Part shown: positions 36,531 to 50,351 of the stretch, piece after piece
How the letters are laid out: each line of letters starts with the position of its first letter
Position numbering within the stretch: the stretch's first letter is position 1
Notes under the pieces: model-generated
What the model saw: only the letters and a program-made list of their open reading frames with translations
What the model was told of the DNA's origin: nothing
The model's database searches: none
Assembly (NCBI GenBank): GCA_030390025.1
Contig: JASTWF010000354.1
Coordinates: 186,001 to 250,000 of the forward strand
Source: Squalus acanthias
Lineage: Eukaryota
DNA length: 64,000 bases
Reading direction: 5' to 3'
Made by a program: the position numbers and the translations under genes

Positions 36531-38545
36531 CTCGAGCCTGCTCCGCCATTCAATGAGATCATGGCTGATCTGATCCAACCTCAACTCTAAAGAACACAAG
36601 AAGTAGGAGCAGGACCAGGCCACTCGGCCCCTGGGCCCGCTCCGCCACCCACAGGGCCTTGACCGATCCGAACCCACTCATGCCCAATTTCCAGCCCGCT
36701 CCCCGTAACCCCTAATTTCCTTTACTTCTAGGAAACTGTCTATTTCTGTTTTAAATTTATTTAATGAAGTAGCTTCCACAGCTTCCTGGGGTAGCAAATT
36801 CCACAGACCCACTACCCTCTGAGTGAAAAAGTTTCTCCTCATCTCAGTTTTGAAAGAGCAGCCCCTTATTCTAAGATTATGCCCCCTAGTTCTAGTTTCA
36901 CCCATCATTGGGAACATCCTCACCGCGTCCACCCGATCAAGCCCCTTCACAATCTTATATGTTTCAATCAGATCGCCTCTCATTCTTCTGAACTCCAATG
37001 AGCAGAGTCCCAATCTACTCAACCTCTCCTCGTATGTCCACCCCTTCATCCCCGGAATTAACCGAGTGAACCTTCTTTGTACTGCCTCGAGAGCAAGTAT
37101 GTCTTTTCTTAAGTATGGACACCAAAACTGTATGCAGTACTCCAGGTGCGGTCTCACCAATACCCTATACAACTGCAGCAATACCTCCCTGTTTTTATAT
37201 TCTATCCCCCTAGCAATAAAAGCCAACATTCCATTGGCTTTCTTGATCACCTGCTGCACCTGCATACTAACTTTTTGATTTTCTTGCACCAAGACCCCCA
37301 GATCACTTTGTACTGCAGTACTTTCCAGTTTCTCGCCATTAAGATAATAACTTGCTCTCTGATTTTTCCTGCCAAAGTGCATAACCTCACATTTTCCAAT
37401 ATTGTATTGCATCTGCCAAATCTCTGCCCACTCACCCAGCCTGTCTATATCCCCTTGTAGGTTTTTTATGTCCTCCTCACTCTCTACTTTCCCTCCCAAC
37501 TTTGTATCATCTGCAAACTTTGATATGTTACACTCGGTCCCCTCCTCCAAATCGTTAATATAGATTGTAAAGATTTGGGGACCCAGCACCGACCCCTGCG
37601 GAACACCACTGGCTACTGGTTGCCAGTCCGAGAATGAACCATTTATCCCAACTCTCTGCTTCCTGTTAGATAACCAATCCTCCACCCATGCCAGAATATT
37701 ACCCCCAATCCAGTGATTTTTTATCTTGAGCAATAATCTTTTATGTGGCACCTTGTCGAATGCCTTCTGGAAGTCTAAATACACTACATCCACTGGTTCC
37801 CCTTTATCCACCCTGTACGTTATATCTTCAAAGAACTCGAGCAAATTTCTCAGACATGACTTCCCCTTCATAAAGCCATGCTGACTTTGTCCTATTAAAT
37901 TATGTTTATCTAAATGTTCCGTTACTGTCTCCTTAATAATAGACTCCAAAATTTTACCCACCACAGATGTTAGGCTAACTGGTCTATAATTTCCAGCCTT
38001 CTGCCTACAACCCTTTTTAAATAAGGGTGTTACATTAGCAGTTTTCCAATCTGCCGGGACCTTTGCTGATTTCAGGGAGTTTTGGAAGATTATTACCAAA
38101 GCATCCACAATTCCTACTGCCACTTTCCTCAAGACCCTAGGATGTAAGCCATCAGGTCCAGGGGATTTATCCGCCTTGAGTCCCATTATTTTACTGAGCA
38201 CCAATTCCTTAGTGATTTTAATCGTATTTAGCTCCTCCCCCACTGGAGCCCCCTGTTTGTGCAGTGTTGGGATATTCTTAGTGTCCTCTACCGTAAAGAC
38301 TGAAACAATATTTGTTCAGCATTTTTGCCATCTCCATGTTTCCCACCATTAATTTCCCGGTCTCATCCGCTAAGGGACCTATGTTTGCCTTAACCACCCT
38401 TTTTCTTTTTATATAACTATAGAAACTCTTGCTATCTGTTTTTATATTTTTTGCTAATTTATTTTCATAGTCTATCTTCCCTTTCTTAATCAATCCTTTA
38501 GTTACTTTTTGTTGTCTTTTGAAGACTTCCCAATCTTCTATCCTC
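36531..38545 (-). mobile_element. CR1 ORF2 3' half with an uninterrupted 521-aa RT ORF (36678..38243); same subfamily as 19787-25190
   Basis: KSPGPDG, NYRPVSLTS, QHGFMKGKSCL, SGVPQGSVLGP, KFADDTK; same doubled 3' UTR. Confidence 0.95.
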
Positions 38546-39336
38546 CCATATTCCCCAGGTAGAACATCACCATATTCCCCAGGTAGAACATCACCATATT
38601 CCGCATGTATAACATCACCATATTCCCCAGGTAGAACATCACCATATTCCGCATGTATAACATCACCATATTCCCCATTTAGAACATGACCATATTTCCC
38701 AGGAATAACATCACCATATTCCCCAGGTAGAACATCACCATATTCCCCAGATATAACATCCCATATTCCCCAGGAATAACATCACAATATTCCCCAGGAA
38801 TAACATCACAATATTCCCCAGGAATAACATCACAATATTCCCCAGGAATAACATCACCATATTCCCCAGGTAGAACATCACCATATTCCCCAGGTTAAAT
38901 ATCACCATATTCCCCAGATATAACATCACCATATTCCCCAGGTATAACAGCACCATATTCCCCAGGTATAACAGCACCATATTCCGCAGATATAACATCA
39001 CCATATTCCCCAGGTATAACAGCACCATATTCCCCAGGAATAACATCACAATATTCCCCAGGAATAACATCACCATATTCCCCAGGTAGAACATCACCAT
39101 ATTCCCCAGGTTAAATATCACCATATTCCCCAGATATAACATCACCATATTCCCCAGGTATAACAGCACCATATTCCGCAGGTACAACATCACCATATTC
39201 CCCAGGTAGAACATCACCATATTCCCCAGGAATAACATCACCATATTCCCCAGGAATAACATCACCATATTCCCCAGGTAGAACATCACCATATTCCCCA
39301 GGTATAACAGCACCATATTCCCCTGGTATAGTAGTA

Positions 39337-39944
39337 CCGGAGCAAGGATGTCTTACTACAGTTATACAGGGCCTTGGTGATACCACACCTGGAGTCCTAT
39401 GTGCAGCTTTGGTCTCCTTACCTAACAAAGGATATAATTGCCACAGAGGGAGTGCAGCGAAGGTTCACCAGACTGATTCCTGGGATGGCAGGGCTGTCGT
39501 TTGAGGAGAGATTGGGTCGATTAGGCCTGTATTCACTAGAGTTTAGAAGAAAGAGAGGCGATCTCATTGAAACGTATAAAATTCTGACAGGGCTAGCCAG
39601 ACTGGATGCAGGGAGGATGTTTCCCCTGGCTGGGGGGTCTGGAACGAGGGGTCACAGTCTCAGGATACGGGGGTAGCACATATAGGACTGAGATGCGGAG
39701 AAATTTCTTCACTCAGAGTTTGGCGAAACTGTGGAATTCTCTACCATAGGAGGCTGTGGAGGCCAAGTCACTGTATATATTTAAAAAGGAGATAGATAGA
39801 TATCTAGACACAAAAGGCATCAAGGGGTATGGGGAGAGAGCAGAAATATGGTATTGAGATAGAGGATCAGCCATGATCATATTGAATGGTGGAGCAGGCT
39901 CGAAGGGCCGAATGGCCTACTCCTGCTCCTATTTTTCGATGTTT
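39337..39944 (+). mobile_element. CR1 LINE 3' fragment
   Basis: EGVQRRFTRLIPGMAGLSFEERLGRLGLYSLEFRR; CR1 tail. Confidence 0.92.
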
Positions 39945-40100
39945 CACATCACCATATTCCCCAGGTATAACATTACCATATTCCCCAGGTTTAATAAAAC
40001 CATATTCCCCAGGTAGAACATCACCATATTCCTCAGGTTTAACAAAACCATATCCCCCAGATGCAACAGTGCAGCACTCCCTCAGTGCTGCTCCTCCGAC

Positions 40101-42421
40101 ATAGTCACAGAGTCATAGATTTAAACAGCACAGAAAGAAGCCCTTCGGCCCATCATGTCCGTGCCGGCCATCAAGCCCTGTCTATTCTAATCCCATTTTC
40201 CAGCACTTGGTCCGTAGCCTTGTATGCTATGGCGTTTCAAGTGCTCATCTAAATGCTTCTTGAATGTTGTGAGGGTTCCTGCCTCTACCACCCTTTCAGG
40301 CAGTGAGTTCCAGATTCTAACCACCCTCTGGGTGAAAAAGTTTTTCCTCAAATCCCCTCCAAACCTCCTGCACCTAACCTTGAAACTATGCCCCCTGGTT
40401 ATTGACCTCTCTACTAAGGGGAAAGTTCCTTTCTATCTACCCTATCTATGCCCATCATAATTTTGTACACCTCAATCAGGTCCCCCCTCAGCCTTCTCTG
40501 CTCTAAGGAAAACAACCCCAGCCTGTCCAGTCTCTCTTCATAGCTGAAGCGCTCCAGCCCAGGTAACATCCTGGTGAATCTCCTCTGCACCCTCTCCAAT
40601 GCAATCACATCCTTCCTATAGTGTGGTGACCAGAACTGCACACAGTATTCCAGCTTTGGCTTAACTAACGTTTTGTGCAGCTCCATTATAAACTCCCTGC
40701 TCTTATATTCTATGCCTCAGCTAATGAAGGCAAGTATACCATATGCCTTTTTAACCACCTTATCTAACTGTCCTGCTGCCTTCAGGGATGTATGTACATT
40801 CACACCAAGGTCCCTCTGATCCTTTGTCCTCCCTAGGATCCTACCCTTCATTGTGTATTCCCTTGCCTTGCTAGTCCTCCCAAAATGCATCACCTCACAC
40901 TTTTCAGGGTTAAATTCCATTTGCCAGTGTTCTGCCCATCTAACCAAACCGTCTATATCGTCCTGTAGCCTGAGGCTTCCCTCCTCGCTATTTACCACTC
41001 CACCAATTTTCGTGTCATCTGCGAACTTACTGATCATACCTCCTACATTCATATCTAAATCATTAATGTACACTGCAAACAGCAAAGGACCCAGCACCGA
41101 TCCCTGCGGTATACCACTGGACACAGGCTTCCAGTCACACAAACAACCATCGACCATCACCCTCTGCCTCCTGCCACTAAGCCAATTTTGGATCCAATGT
41201 GCCAAATTGCCCTGGATCCCATGGGCTCTTACCTTCTTGACCAGTCTCCCATGCGGGACTTTGTCAAAAGCCTTACTGAAGTCCATGTAGACTACATCAA
41301 CTGCACTACCCTCATCCACACACCTAGTCACCCCCTCGAAAAATTCAATCAAATTGGTTAGACATGATCTCGCCCTGAAAAAGCCATACTGACTATCCTT
41401 GATTAATCCCTGCCTCTCCAAGTGGAGACTAATTCTGTCCCTCAGAATTTTTTCCAATAATTTCCCTACAACTGATGTTAGGCTCACTGGCCTGTAATTC
41501 CCTGGTTTATCCCGACTATCTTCTTGAAAATGGTACTACGTTAGCTGTCCTCCAGTCCTCTGGCACCTCCCCTGTGGCCAGAGAGGTTCTGAATTTGTGT
41601 CAGAGCCCCTGCAATCTCCACCCTTGCCTCACACAGCAGCCTGGGATACATCTCGTCTGGGCCTAGGTATTTTTCCACTTTTAAGCTCGCTAAAATCGCT
41701 AGTACCTCCTCCCTCTCAATACTAATTTGTTCAAGTATATCACAATCCCAATGTCTGATTTCTATGCCTACATCATCCTTCTCCATAGTGAACACAGATG
41801 CAAAATATTCATTTAAAACCTCACCTACATCTTCCGGCTCCACACACAGATTGCCACTTTGGTCCTTAATGGGCCCTACTCTTTCCCTGGTTATCCTCTT
41901 GCCCTTAATATACTTATAAAACACCTTGGGATTTTCCTTTATTTTGCCCGCCAGTGTTTTTTCATGCCCCCTCTTTGCTCTCCTAATTTCTTTTTTAAGT
42001 ACATCCCTGCACCTTCTATTCTCCTCGAGGGCTTCCACTGTTTTTAGTCCTTTGTATCTGCCAAAAGCCTCCCTTTTTTTTCTAATCCATTCTTGTATAT
42101 CCCTTGACATTCCAGGGTTCCCTTGGCTTGTTGGTCCCACCCTTGATCTTTACGGGAACATGTTGGCGTTGTACTCTCTCTATTTCCTTTCGGAAAGACT
42201 CCCACTGCTCTGATGTGGATTTTCCTACAAGTAGCTTATCCCAATCCACTTTGGCCAGATCCTGCCTTATCATATTAAAATCGGCCTTCCCCCAATTTAG
42301 AACCTTTATTTCCGGTCCATCTTTGTCCTTTTCCATGACTACCTTAAATCTCACCGAATTATGGTCACTGTCACCAAAATGCTCTCCTACTGACACTTCT
42401 ACCACTTGCCCGGCTACATTC
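40101..42421 (-). mobile_element. CR1 ORF2 fragment (2.3 kb) inserted in the 33-bp array of a minus-strand SacSINE1-like SINE (40067-40100 and 42422-42699)
   Basis: GDSDHNSVRF through the RT motifs to the tail; SINE tRNA head at 42590-42699. Confidence 0.9.
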
Positions 42422-43816
42422 CCTGCCCCTCCATCAGTACAGCACTCACTCAGTACTGCCCCTCCGACAGTGCAGCGCTTCCTCAGTACTGCCCCTCCGA
42501 CAGTGTAGCACTCCCTCAGTACTGCCCCTCCGACAGTGCAGCGCCCTCTCAGTACTGCCCCTCCGACAGTGCAGCGCTCCCTCAGTACTGCACTGGGAAT
42601 ATCAGCCTGGATTTTGTGCTCAAGTCTCTGGACTTGGACTTGAACCCACGACCTTCTGACTCAGAGGTGAGAGTGCTGCTCACTGAGCCAAGCTGACACA
42701 CAATGCACTGAAAGTAGACACAGCCCATAATATTCAGTGCGATGTGGTTTATGGATCACTCTCAGGGGTGAGGATGTGTGAGTGAATGATTCACACAATG
42801 AGTGATGTGTTTACGAAGGGTTGGGTTTGCAGTTTTCATTAAGCTGGGTGATTAGGGCTGAGTGGATGAGCTGTGGTTCAGTTTGTGACACTTGCTCCAA
42901 AACTGGGAATGAGAAGGTGCAGATTAACTGCAATTTCACTCATATTCCGTGTCTGCACCTTCTCCCAGTGAGGAGCAGGAATCAGCTCCGGGACATCTGC
43001 TCTAATTTATGGGGAGACAAACTCGGGGACTGGGCTGGTTTTTGCTTCAATTCCATCGACACAAAGCTCTTCCCAACTTGCTGGGAGCAGCTGTTTCCAG
43101 ATGTGTTCCTGCGCTGTGCTGGGATGGTTTGTTTGTGGAGTGTGACGGGAAGATGTCCCTCCTTGTCTGCTGTGTAACCAGGAAGGAAAGGTTCAGGAGC
43201 TTCCCCGGGGGCAGTCGGGGGATTTCAGGGGCCTTTTACTGAAATATTAAAGGGGAAGCAAACTTGGAAGCTGCCCCGTGAGGGGATGGAGCGAGGGAGC
43301 GAGAGAAAGAGATGGGGAAGAGCTGAGGAGGGCAGGAGGGGGAGAGTCGGCAAAGGAAGATGTGAAGCGGAGTTTGTGAATTGCCTGCTGATCCAGGCAG
43401 GCGAGCGAGAGGAGTGGAAGAACATCTTGTTGAGGTCTGTGTGTTGTTGGGAGTAAAGTGCAAGCCCATCAGTGACAGCAGGTTAGTCAGCAGGGAGCTG
43501 CTGTCAGAGTGAGATTGGAACGCTGATGACCTTATATTGATGTTTCTGTCTGCTGGGCAGGAGATGAAGGAAGGGAAATGTTCCTCCTGATCTTTTCACT
43601 CTCCGATAGTCCGCGGCCCACTAATTACTGGGAGGCTCGACACCCCAATGTGACGGGATTTGTATTTTGGAAATGTGGAGCCTGTCATCCTGCCCGTGCC
43701 CTTTGAACTACGGACTCTTGGGACAGTTTCTCGCCTGCCCTGATTGCAGCTGGACATGGAAAGAATGTCGAACCATTTACTGTCTCCATACTGGTCACTG
43801 GAGCCTCCCTGTATCT

Positions 43817-44343
43817 CATAGAGTCACAGAATCAGACAGCACAGGAGGAGGCCATTCGGCCCATCGTGCCTGTGCCGGCTCTTTGAACGAGCTCTCCAAT
43901 TAGTCCCACTCCCTGCTCTTTCACACAGCCCTGAAAATACTTCCTGTTCAAGTATTTATCCAATTCCCTTTTGAAAGTTATTATTGAATCTGCTTCCACC
44001 GCCCTTTCAGGCAGCGCATTCCAGATCACAGCAACTCGCTGTAAAAACATTCTCCTCATCTCCCCTCTGGTTCTTTTGCCAATTATCTTCAATCTGTGTC
44101 CTCTGGTTACCCACCCTCCTGCCACTGGAAACAGTTCCTCCTTATTTACTCTATCAAAACCCCTCATGATTTTGAACATCTCTGTTAAAACTCCCTTTAA
44201 CATTCTCTGCTCTAAGGAGAAAAATCCCCGATTCTCCAGTCTCTCCACATAACTGAAATCCCTCCTCCCTGGTACCATTCTAGTAAATCCCCTCTGCACC
44301 CTCTCCAAGGCCTCGACATCCTTCCTAAAGTGTGGTGCCCAGA
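43817..44343 (-). mobile_element. CR1 LINE 3' fragment
   Basis: ORF 43832..44308(-). Confidence 0.9.
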
Positions 44344-44676
44344 AAGTTATCTTCAGGATTGTAAGATGATAGATTTTAATTCACTTTCAGGTTGTGGGCG
44401 TCACTGGCAAGGCCGTCATTGGCTGTAAAACATTAGGGACATCCTGTTCTTTCTTTTCTGTAGAATTGTTGGGAATAAAACAGGATTTATTTTAACATTC
44501 AGGACGCGAGTTGATTTGTGAGATGTTATCAGTGTTTGACACGGTGTGTAATGTTTCTGTCTGTCTTGTCTTTAACCTCGCTGAAATGTTATTACTCTGG
44601 GCAGATCCCAGCTCTACCTGGAACCTCCATCAGCTGTAGTGACAGCACAGTCCCAGACTGGGCAGGATTAATGTGA

Positions 44677-46150
44677 TAGAAACATAGAAGATAGGAGCAG
44701 GAGTAGGCCATTCCGCCCCTCGAGCCTGTTCCGCCATTTAATGAGATCATGGCTGATCATCCAAATTCAGTACCCTGTCCCTGCTTTCTCCCCATATCCC
44801 TTGATGCCTTTAGCCTTAAGAAATATATCTAACTCATTCTTGAATATATTTAATGAATTGGCCTCAACTGCCTTCTGTGGTAGAGAATTCCACAGGTTCA
44901 CCACTTTCTGGGTGAAGAAATTCCTCCTCATCTCAGTCCTAAATGGCTTACCCCTTATCCTTAGACTGTGACCCCTGGTTCTGGACTCCCCCACCATCGG
45001 GAAAATTCTTCCTGCATCTAGTCTGTCTGGTCCTGTTAGAATTTTATAAGTTTCAATGAGATCCCCTCTCATTCTTCTAAACTCTAACGAATACAAGCCC
45101 AATCGACCCAATCTCTCCTCATACGTCATTCCTGCCATCCCAGGTATCAGTCTGGTGAATCTTCGCTGCACTCCCTCCATGGCAAGAATATCCTTCCTCA
45201 GATAAGGTGACCAAAACTGCACACAATACTCAAGGTGTGGTCTCACCAAGGCCCTGTACAACTGCAGTAAGACATCCTTGCTCCTGTACTCTAATCCTCT
45301 CGCTGTAAAGGCCAACATACCATTTGCCTTCCTCAACGCCTGCTGCACCTGCATGCTTACCTTCAGCGACTGGTGCACAAGGACACCCAGGTCTCGTTGC
45401 ACTTCCCCTTTTCCCAATCTATTGCCATTCAGATAATAATCTGCCTACATGATTTTGCCACCAAAGTGGATAACCTCGCATTTATCCACATTATACTGCA
45501 TCTGCCATGCATCTGCCCAATCACCCAACCTGTCCAAATCATACTGGAGTTTCTCTGCATCTTCCTCACAGCACACACGCCCACCCAGCTTTGTCTCATC
45601 TGCAAACCTGGAGATATGACATCTAGTTCCCTCGTCTAGATCATTAACATATATTGTGAATAACTGGGGTCCTAGCACCGATCCCTGTGGTACCCCATTA
45701 GTCACTGACTTTCACTCGGAAAAAGATCCGTTTATTCCAACTGTTTGCTTCCTATCTGCCAACCAGCTCTCTATCCAAGTCAATACCTTACCCCCAATCC
45801 CATGTGCTTTAACTTTGCACGCTAATCTCTTATGCGGGACCTTATCAAAAGCCTTCTGAAAGTCCAAATACACCACATCCACTGGTTCTCCCTTATCAAT
45901 TCTACCGGTTACATCCTCAAAAAATTCCAGTAGATTAGTCAAGCACGATTTACCTTTTGTAAATCCATGTTGACTTTGTCCAATCCTGTCACTGTTTTCC
46001 AAGTGCTCTGCTATTACATCTTTTATAATGGACTCTAGCATTTTCCCCACTACTATAATTCCCCGTTTTCTCTCTACCACCTTTTTTAAATAGTGGTGTT
46101 ATATTAGCTACTCTCCAATCAATGGGAACTGTTCCAGAGTCTATAGATCC
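44677..46150 (-). mobile_element. CR1 ORF2 RT fragment with 3' tail
   Basis: ORFs 45712..46080, 45445..45705 and 44767..45417 (all minus). Confidence 0.92.
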
Positions 46151-46464
46151 TCAATCTATCGATGTGTTGCTGATTCACGGTGTGAGGTTCTCCCAATGAC
46201 TGATGGGGGAGCCGGAAGGTCAGTGTCGATGGGTCCTTGCTGTCCCAGGACACCTGATCCATCTTCACCATCTGGACAATCTTCAGTTCACTCTCCCAGG
46301 GCACCTGATCCATCTTCACCATCTGGACAATATTCCGCTCAGTGTCGCTGCTCTGTCAGTTGTGGAAATACTCGCAGCTTACCGATCGTCAGTCTCCCTC
46401 CTCTCACGGAGTTAATCCACGTTTACTCCGGAGTAAATCCATTTTTGTTTGTTTATTTCATTTT

Positions 46465-46610
46465 TGTTTGTGGGACCTTGCTGTGCTCAAATTGTCTGCC
46501 GCGTTTCCCACATTACAACAGTGACTACACTTCAGGAAAATATTTGATTGGCTGTGACGCTTTGGGATGTCCTGAGGGGGTGAAAGGCGATATCGTTTGT
46601 TCTTTCCTTT
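46465..46610 (+). mobile_element. SacSINE1-like SINE 3' fragment
   Basis: tgtttgtgggaccttgctgtgc...cattacaacagtgactacacttc. Confidence 0.75.
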
Positions 46611-47251
46611 CGGTTTGTTGACCAATCACAGGAAAGTGGTATTATGCAGGATAGCTCTTTGTCGGTCGGCGCAGACACGATGGGCCGAATGGCCTCCTTC
46701 TGTGCTGTAAATTTCAATGATTCTATGAAATTAGCGGAGTGAGAATCTCTGGAGCAGCGAGAGAGACATTTGGAAATGTTGGGTCAGTCCCGAGTACCGG
46801 CTCAGTAGGAAATGTCCCCACTCTGCAAATGACTAAACAATCAGTCCCAGGATGAGAAAAGTGAAATGATTGGAGATTCAAGTGGAAACAATTCCACTTG
46901 ATTGAAATTGAAAGAGGCGACATCAGGCCCAGATATAAATAATGAATAAAGTGTGTGCAGAATGCCGGGTATGTTTGACCTTCAGATCAGCGCTGCACTG
47001 TCTGAGGATTTCTCTCCAACCTTTCACTAAAGCTTCACATTGTGTTTCTACAATCGCCAATTTCTGGCACTGCTCAGGACCCGAGCCTGAAATCACAACA
47101 GGGAGAGTTTGGGAGAAATGATTAACATGTTCAGCTCAGAAACAAAGCCCTTGTATTTCTATAGCGCCTTTCACCACCTCAGGACAGCCCAAAGCGCTTC
47201 ACAGACAATGAAATGTAGTCACTGTTGGAATGTAGCAAATGAGAAAGCCAT

Positions 47252-48954
47252 TTTCAGCTTTTAGGACTTCATCCCGATTTTTACCGATATCGTTGGTACC
47301 TATATGCACCACGACAACTGGCTGTTCACCCTCCCCCTCCCCCTCCCCCTCCAGAATGTTCTGCAGCCGCTCTGAGACATCCTTGACCCTTGCACCAGGA
47401 AGGCAACATACAATCCTGGAGTCTCGTTTGCGGCCGCAGAAACACCTATCTATTCCCCTTACAATAGAATCCCCTATCACGATAGCTCTCCCTCTCTTTT
47501 TCCTCCCTTCCTGTGCAGCAGAAACACCCATGGTGCCAGGAAGTTGGCTGCTGCTGCCTTCCCCTGATAAGCCATCCTCCCCAACAATATCCAAAGCGGT
47601 ATATCTGTTTGAGAGGGGGATGGCCACAGGGGACCCCTGCACTACCTGCCTGCGACTACTGCTCTGCCTGGTGGTCACCCATTCCTTTCTTGCCTGTGCA
47701 GCCTTTACCTGCGGTTTGACCAACTCCCTAAACGTGCTATCCACGACGTCCTCAGCATCGTGAATGCTCCAGTATGCATCCACTTGCAGCTCCAGTGCCG
47801 CAATGCGGTCTGCCAGTAGCTGCAGCTGGATACACTTCCCGCACACATGGTCGTCAGGGACACAGGAAGTGTCCCTGATTTCCCACATAGCGCAGGATGA
47901 GCATAGCACGGCGCCAAGCTGTCCTGACATGACTTACCCTTTAATTAATTCAAATTAAATTAAATCAAGTCAATCCCACCAATTACACTACAATTAAATG
48001 ATATTAATTACTCAAGGGCCCTTGTTTAACAGCAGTCCCCGCTACACCACAGGGACTCTAGAAACTATAAACCACAGAATTTAAGTATGGAAAAAAGGAG
48101 AAAGAGAGAAATACTCACCAACCAGCAAATACATGGCAGATGCAGTATAACGTGGATAAATGTGAAGTTATCCACTTCGGTAGGAAAAACAGAAAGGCAG
48201 AGTATTATTTAAATGCTGCTAGATTGGGAAATGCTGATGTACAAAGGGACCTGGGTGTCCTTGTACATCAGTCACTGAAAGCAAACATGCAGGTGCAGCA
48301 AGCAGTTAGGAAGGCAAATGGTATGCTGGCCTTCATTGCAAGAGGATTTGAGTACAGGAGCAAGGATGTCTTACTACAGTTATACAGGGCCTTGGTGAGA
48401 CCACACCTGGAGTACTGTGTGCAGTTTTGGTCTCCTTACCTAAAAGGGTATACTTGCCATAGAGGGAGTGCAGCGAAGGTTCACTAGACTGGTTCCTGTG
48501 ATGGCAGGACTGTCTTATGAGGAGAGATTGGGTCGACTCGGCCTGTATTCACTAGAGTTTAGAAGAATGAGAGGGGATCTCATTGAAACATTTAAAATTC
48601 TGACAGGGCTAGACAGACTGAATGCAGGGAGGATGTTTCCCCTGGCTGGGGGGTCTAGGTCTCAGGATACGGGGTAGGACAGTTAGTACTGAAATGAGGA
48701 GAAATTTCTTCACTCAGAGGGTGGTGAACCTGTGGAATTCTCTACCACAGAAGGCTGTGGAGGCCCATTCACTGAATATATTTAAGAGGGAGATAGATAG
48801 ATTTCTAGACACAAAAGGCATCAAGGGGTATGGGGAGAGAGCGGGAATATGGTATTGAGATAGAGGATCAGCCATGATCATATTGAATGGTGGAGCAGGC
48901 TCGAAGGGCTGAATGGCCTACTCCTGCTCCTATTTTACTGTGTTTCTATGTTTC
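47252..48954. mobile_element. 5'-inverted CR1: minus-strand 5' UTR + ORF1 N-terminus (47252-48125) fused head-to-head with plus-strand ORF2 3' end (48126-48954), inside a SacSINE1-like copy (47148-47251 and 48955-49488)
   Basis: ORF 47199..47930(-) has CSSCAMW...CGKC, GDSIVRG and VHIGTND; the plus part starts at (W)ANTWQMQYN; SINE sequence resumes on both sides. Confidence 0.88.
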
Positions 48955-49174
48955 AAGCAAGATCCCACAAACAGCAATGTGATATTGACCAGATAATCTG
49001 TTTTATAGAGATATTGGTTGAGGGATATATATTGGCCCAGGACACTGGGGAGAACTCCCTGCCTGTCTTCCAAATACTGCCGGGGGATCTTTTACATTCA
49101 CCTGAGAGGATAGACGGGATTTTTTTTAATGTCTCATCTGAAAGACGGCATCTCCGACAGTGCAGCACTCCCTC

Positions 49175-49446
49175 ATAGGACCATAGGAACAGGAGGAGGC
49201 CATTCAGCCCCTCAAGCCTGCTCTGCCTTTCAATGAGATCATGGCTGATCTGTATCCTAACTCCATTTACCCGCCTTGCTCCATATCCCTTAATACCCTT
49301 GGCTAGGAAACATCTATCGATCTCAGATTTAACAACATTAATTGAGCTCGAATCTACTGCTTTTTGTGGGAGAGAGTTCCACACTTCCAGCACCCTTTGT
49401 GTGAAGAAGTGATTCCTAACTTCTCTCCTGAATGGCCTGGCTCTGA
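49175..49446 (-). mobile_element. CR1 3' fragment nested in the same SINE
   Basis: EVWNSLPQKAVDS and tail; SINE sequence flanks both sides. Confidence 0.85.
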
Positions 49447-49486
49447 CTCAGTATTGCACCGGGAGTGTCAGCCTGGAATATGGGCT

Positions 49487-49805
49487 CAATAAAAATCTGG
49501 GAACAGTAAAAGTAACCATGAAGCCTCAGATTGTCGTAAAAATCCAACTGATTCACTGATGTCCTTTCGGGAAGGAAACCTGCCGTCCTTACCCGGTCTG
49601 GGCCTATATGTGACTCCAGTCATCACCAACCTGATTGACTCTTAACTGCCCTCTGAAGTGGCCGAGCGAGACACTCAGTTTGTATCAAACCCGCTCCCAG
49701 CGGTTCAAGAAGAAGGCCCACCCCCACCTTCTCAGGGCAACTGGGGATGGGCAATAAATGCCGGCCGTGCCAGCGACGCCCACATCCCCAGAATGAATGA
49801 AAGAA
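49487..49805 (+). mobile_element. Third SINE family (body and tail); further copies at ~59010-59115 and 62229-62575
   Basis: Shared ggaaacctgccgtccttacccggtctgggcctatatgtgactccagt; the 62229 copy has a tRNA-like head. Confidence 0.75.
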
Positions 49806-50351
49806 ATGGAACCCACTCCCAGGAGCTCTTTGTCTCTGTCTGATGGGCCCATTGATCAGTAAACCTGCTCCCGCCCACCTGCCATTGGGAAACCCGGCAA
49901 TTTGGGATTACGGAGAATAGCGACTGTTATCAGCAAAAGTAAAAGTGGATTTATGTTTAATGAGCATCAAAGATTATCACAAATGAAATAGAATAATATT
50001 TAGACCCTGTTAGATAAAATCCCAGTGCTGAAACGGAACAGATTCATTAAATTCAAGTAACGATCTTAATTCTGTTTCACTGAGGTTCAAGTTGACTAAT
50101 TTATACAATAATGTCTTCAGGGGCAGAATCTGTTATCCTGAGCTTTTTATGGATCGCACTGAAATCCATAAACTACATTATCCCCTCATCGTATTCCTAT
50201 AATTATTTATCCTGATCATTATTCTTGGTAGAAGCTTTTTAATGATTAATGAAGGTGATCTATTCATGGGCCGTCCCACTCCTGAATCAACAGGTAGAAC
50301 CAAGCTCCTTCCAAGGCTGATTTCCAGTTCACTGGGCTGATTGATGGATCA

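Larger units (their letters stand above)
35908..40060. repeat. 24-bp minisatellite (GTATAACATCACCATATTCCCCAG) in three blocks (35908-36530, 38546-39328, 39945-40060) separated by two CR1 insertions
   Basis: Direct reading. Confidence 0.93.

Noticed and set aside
36678..38243. Domesticated RT gene (intact 521-aa ORF)
   Set aside because: A 5'-truncated young CR1 with an upstream frameshift, embedded in a minisatellite; intactness is explained by recency.
42700..43815. Possible LTR or promoter in a purine-rich unique stretch
   Set aside because: No paired LTR, primer-binding site, TSD or convincing ORF could be identified by eye.
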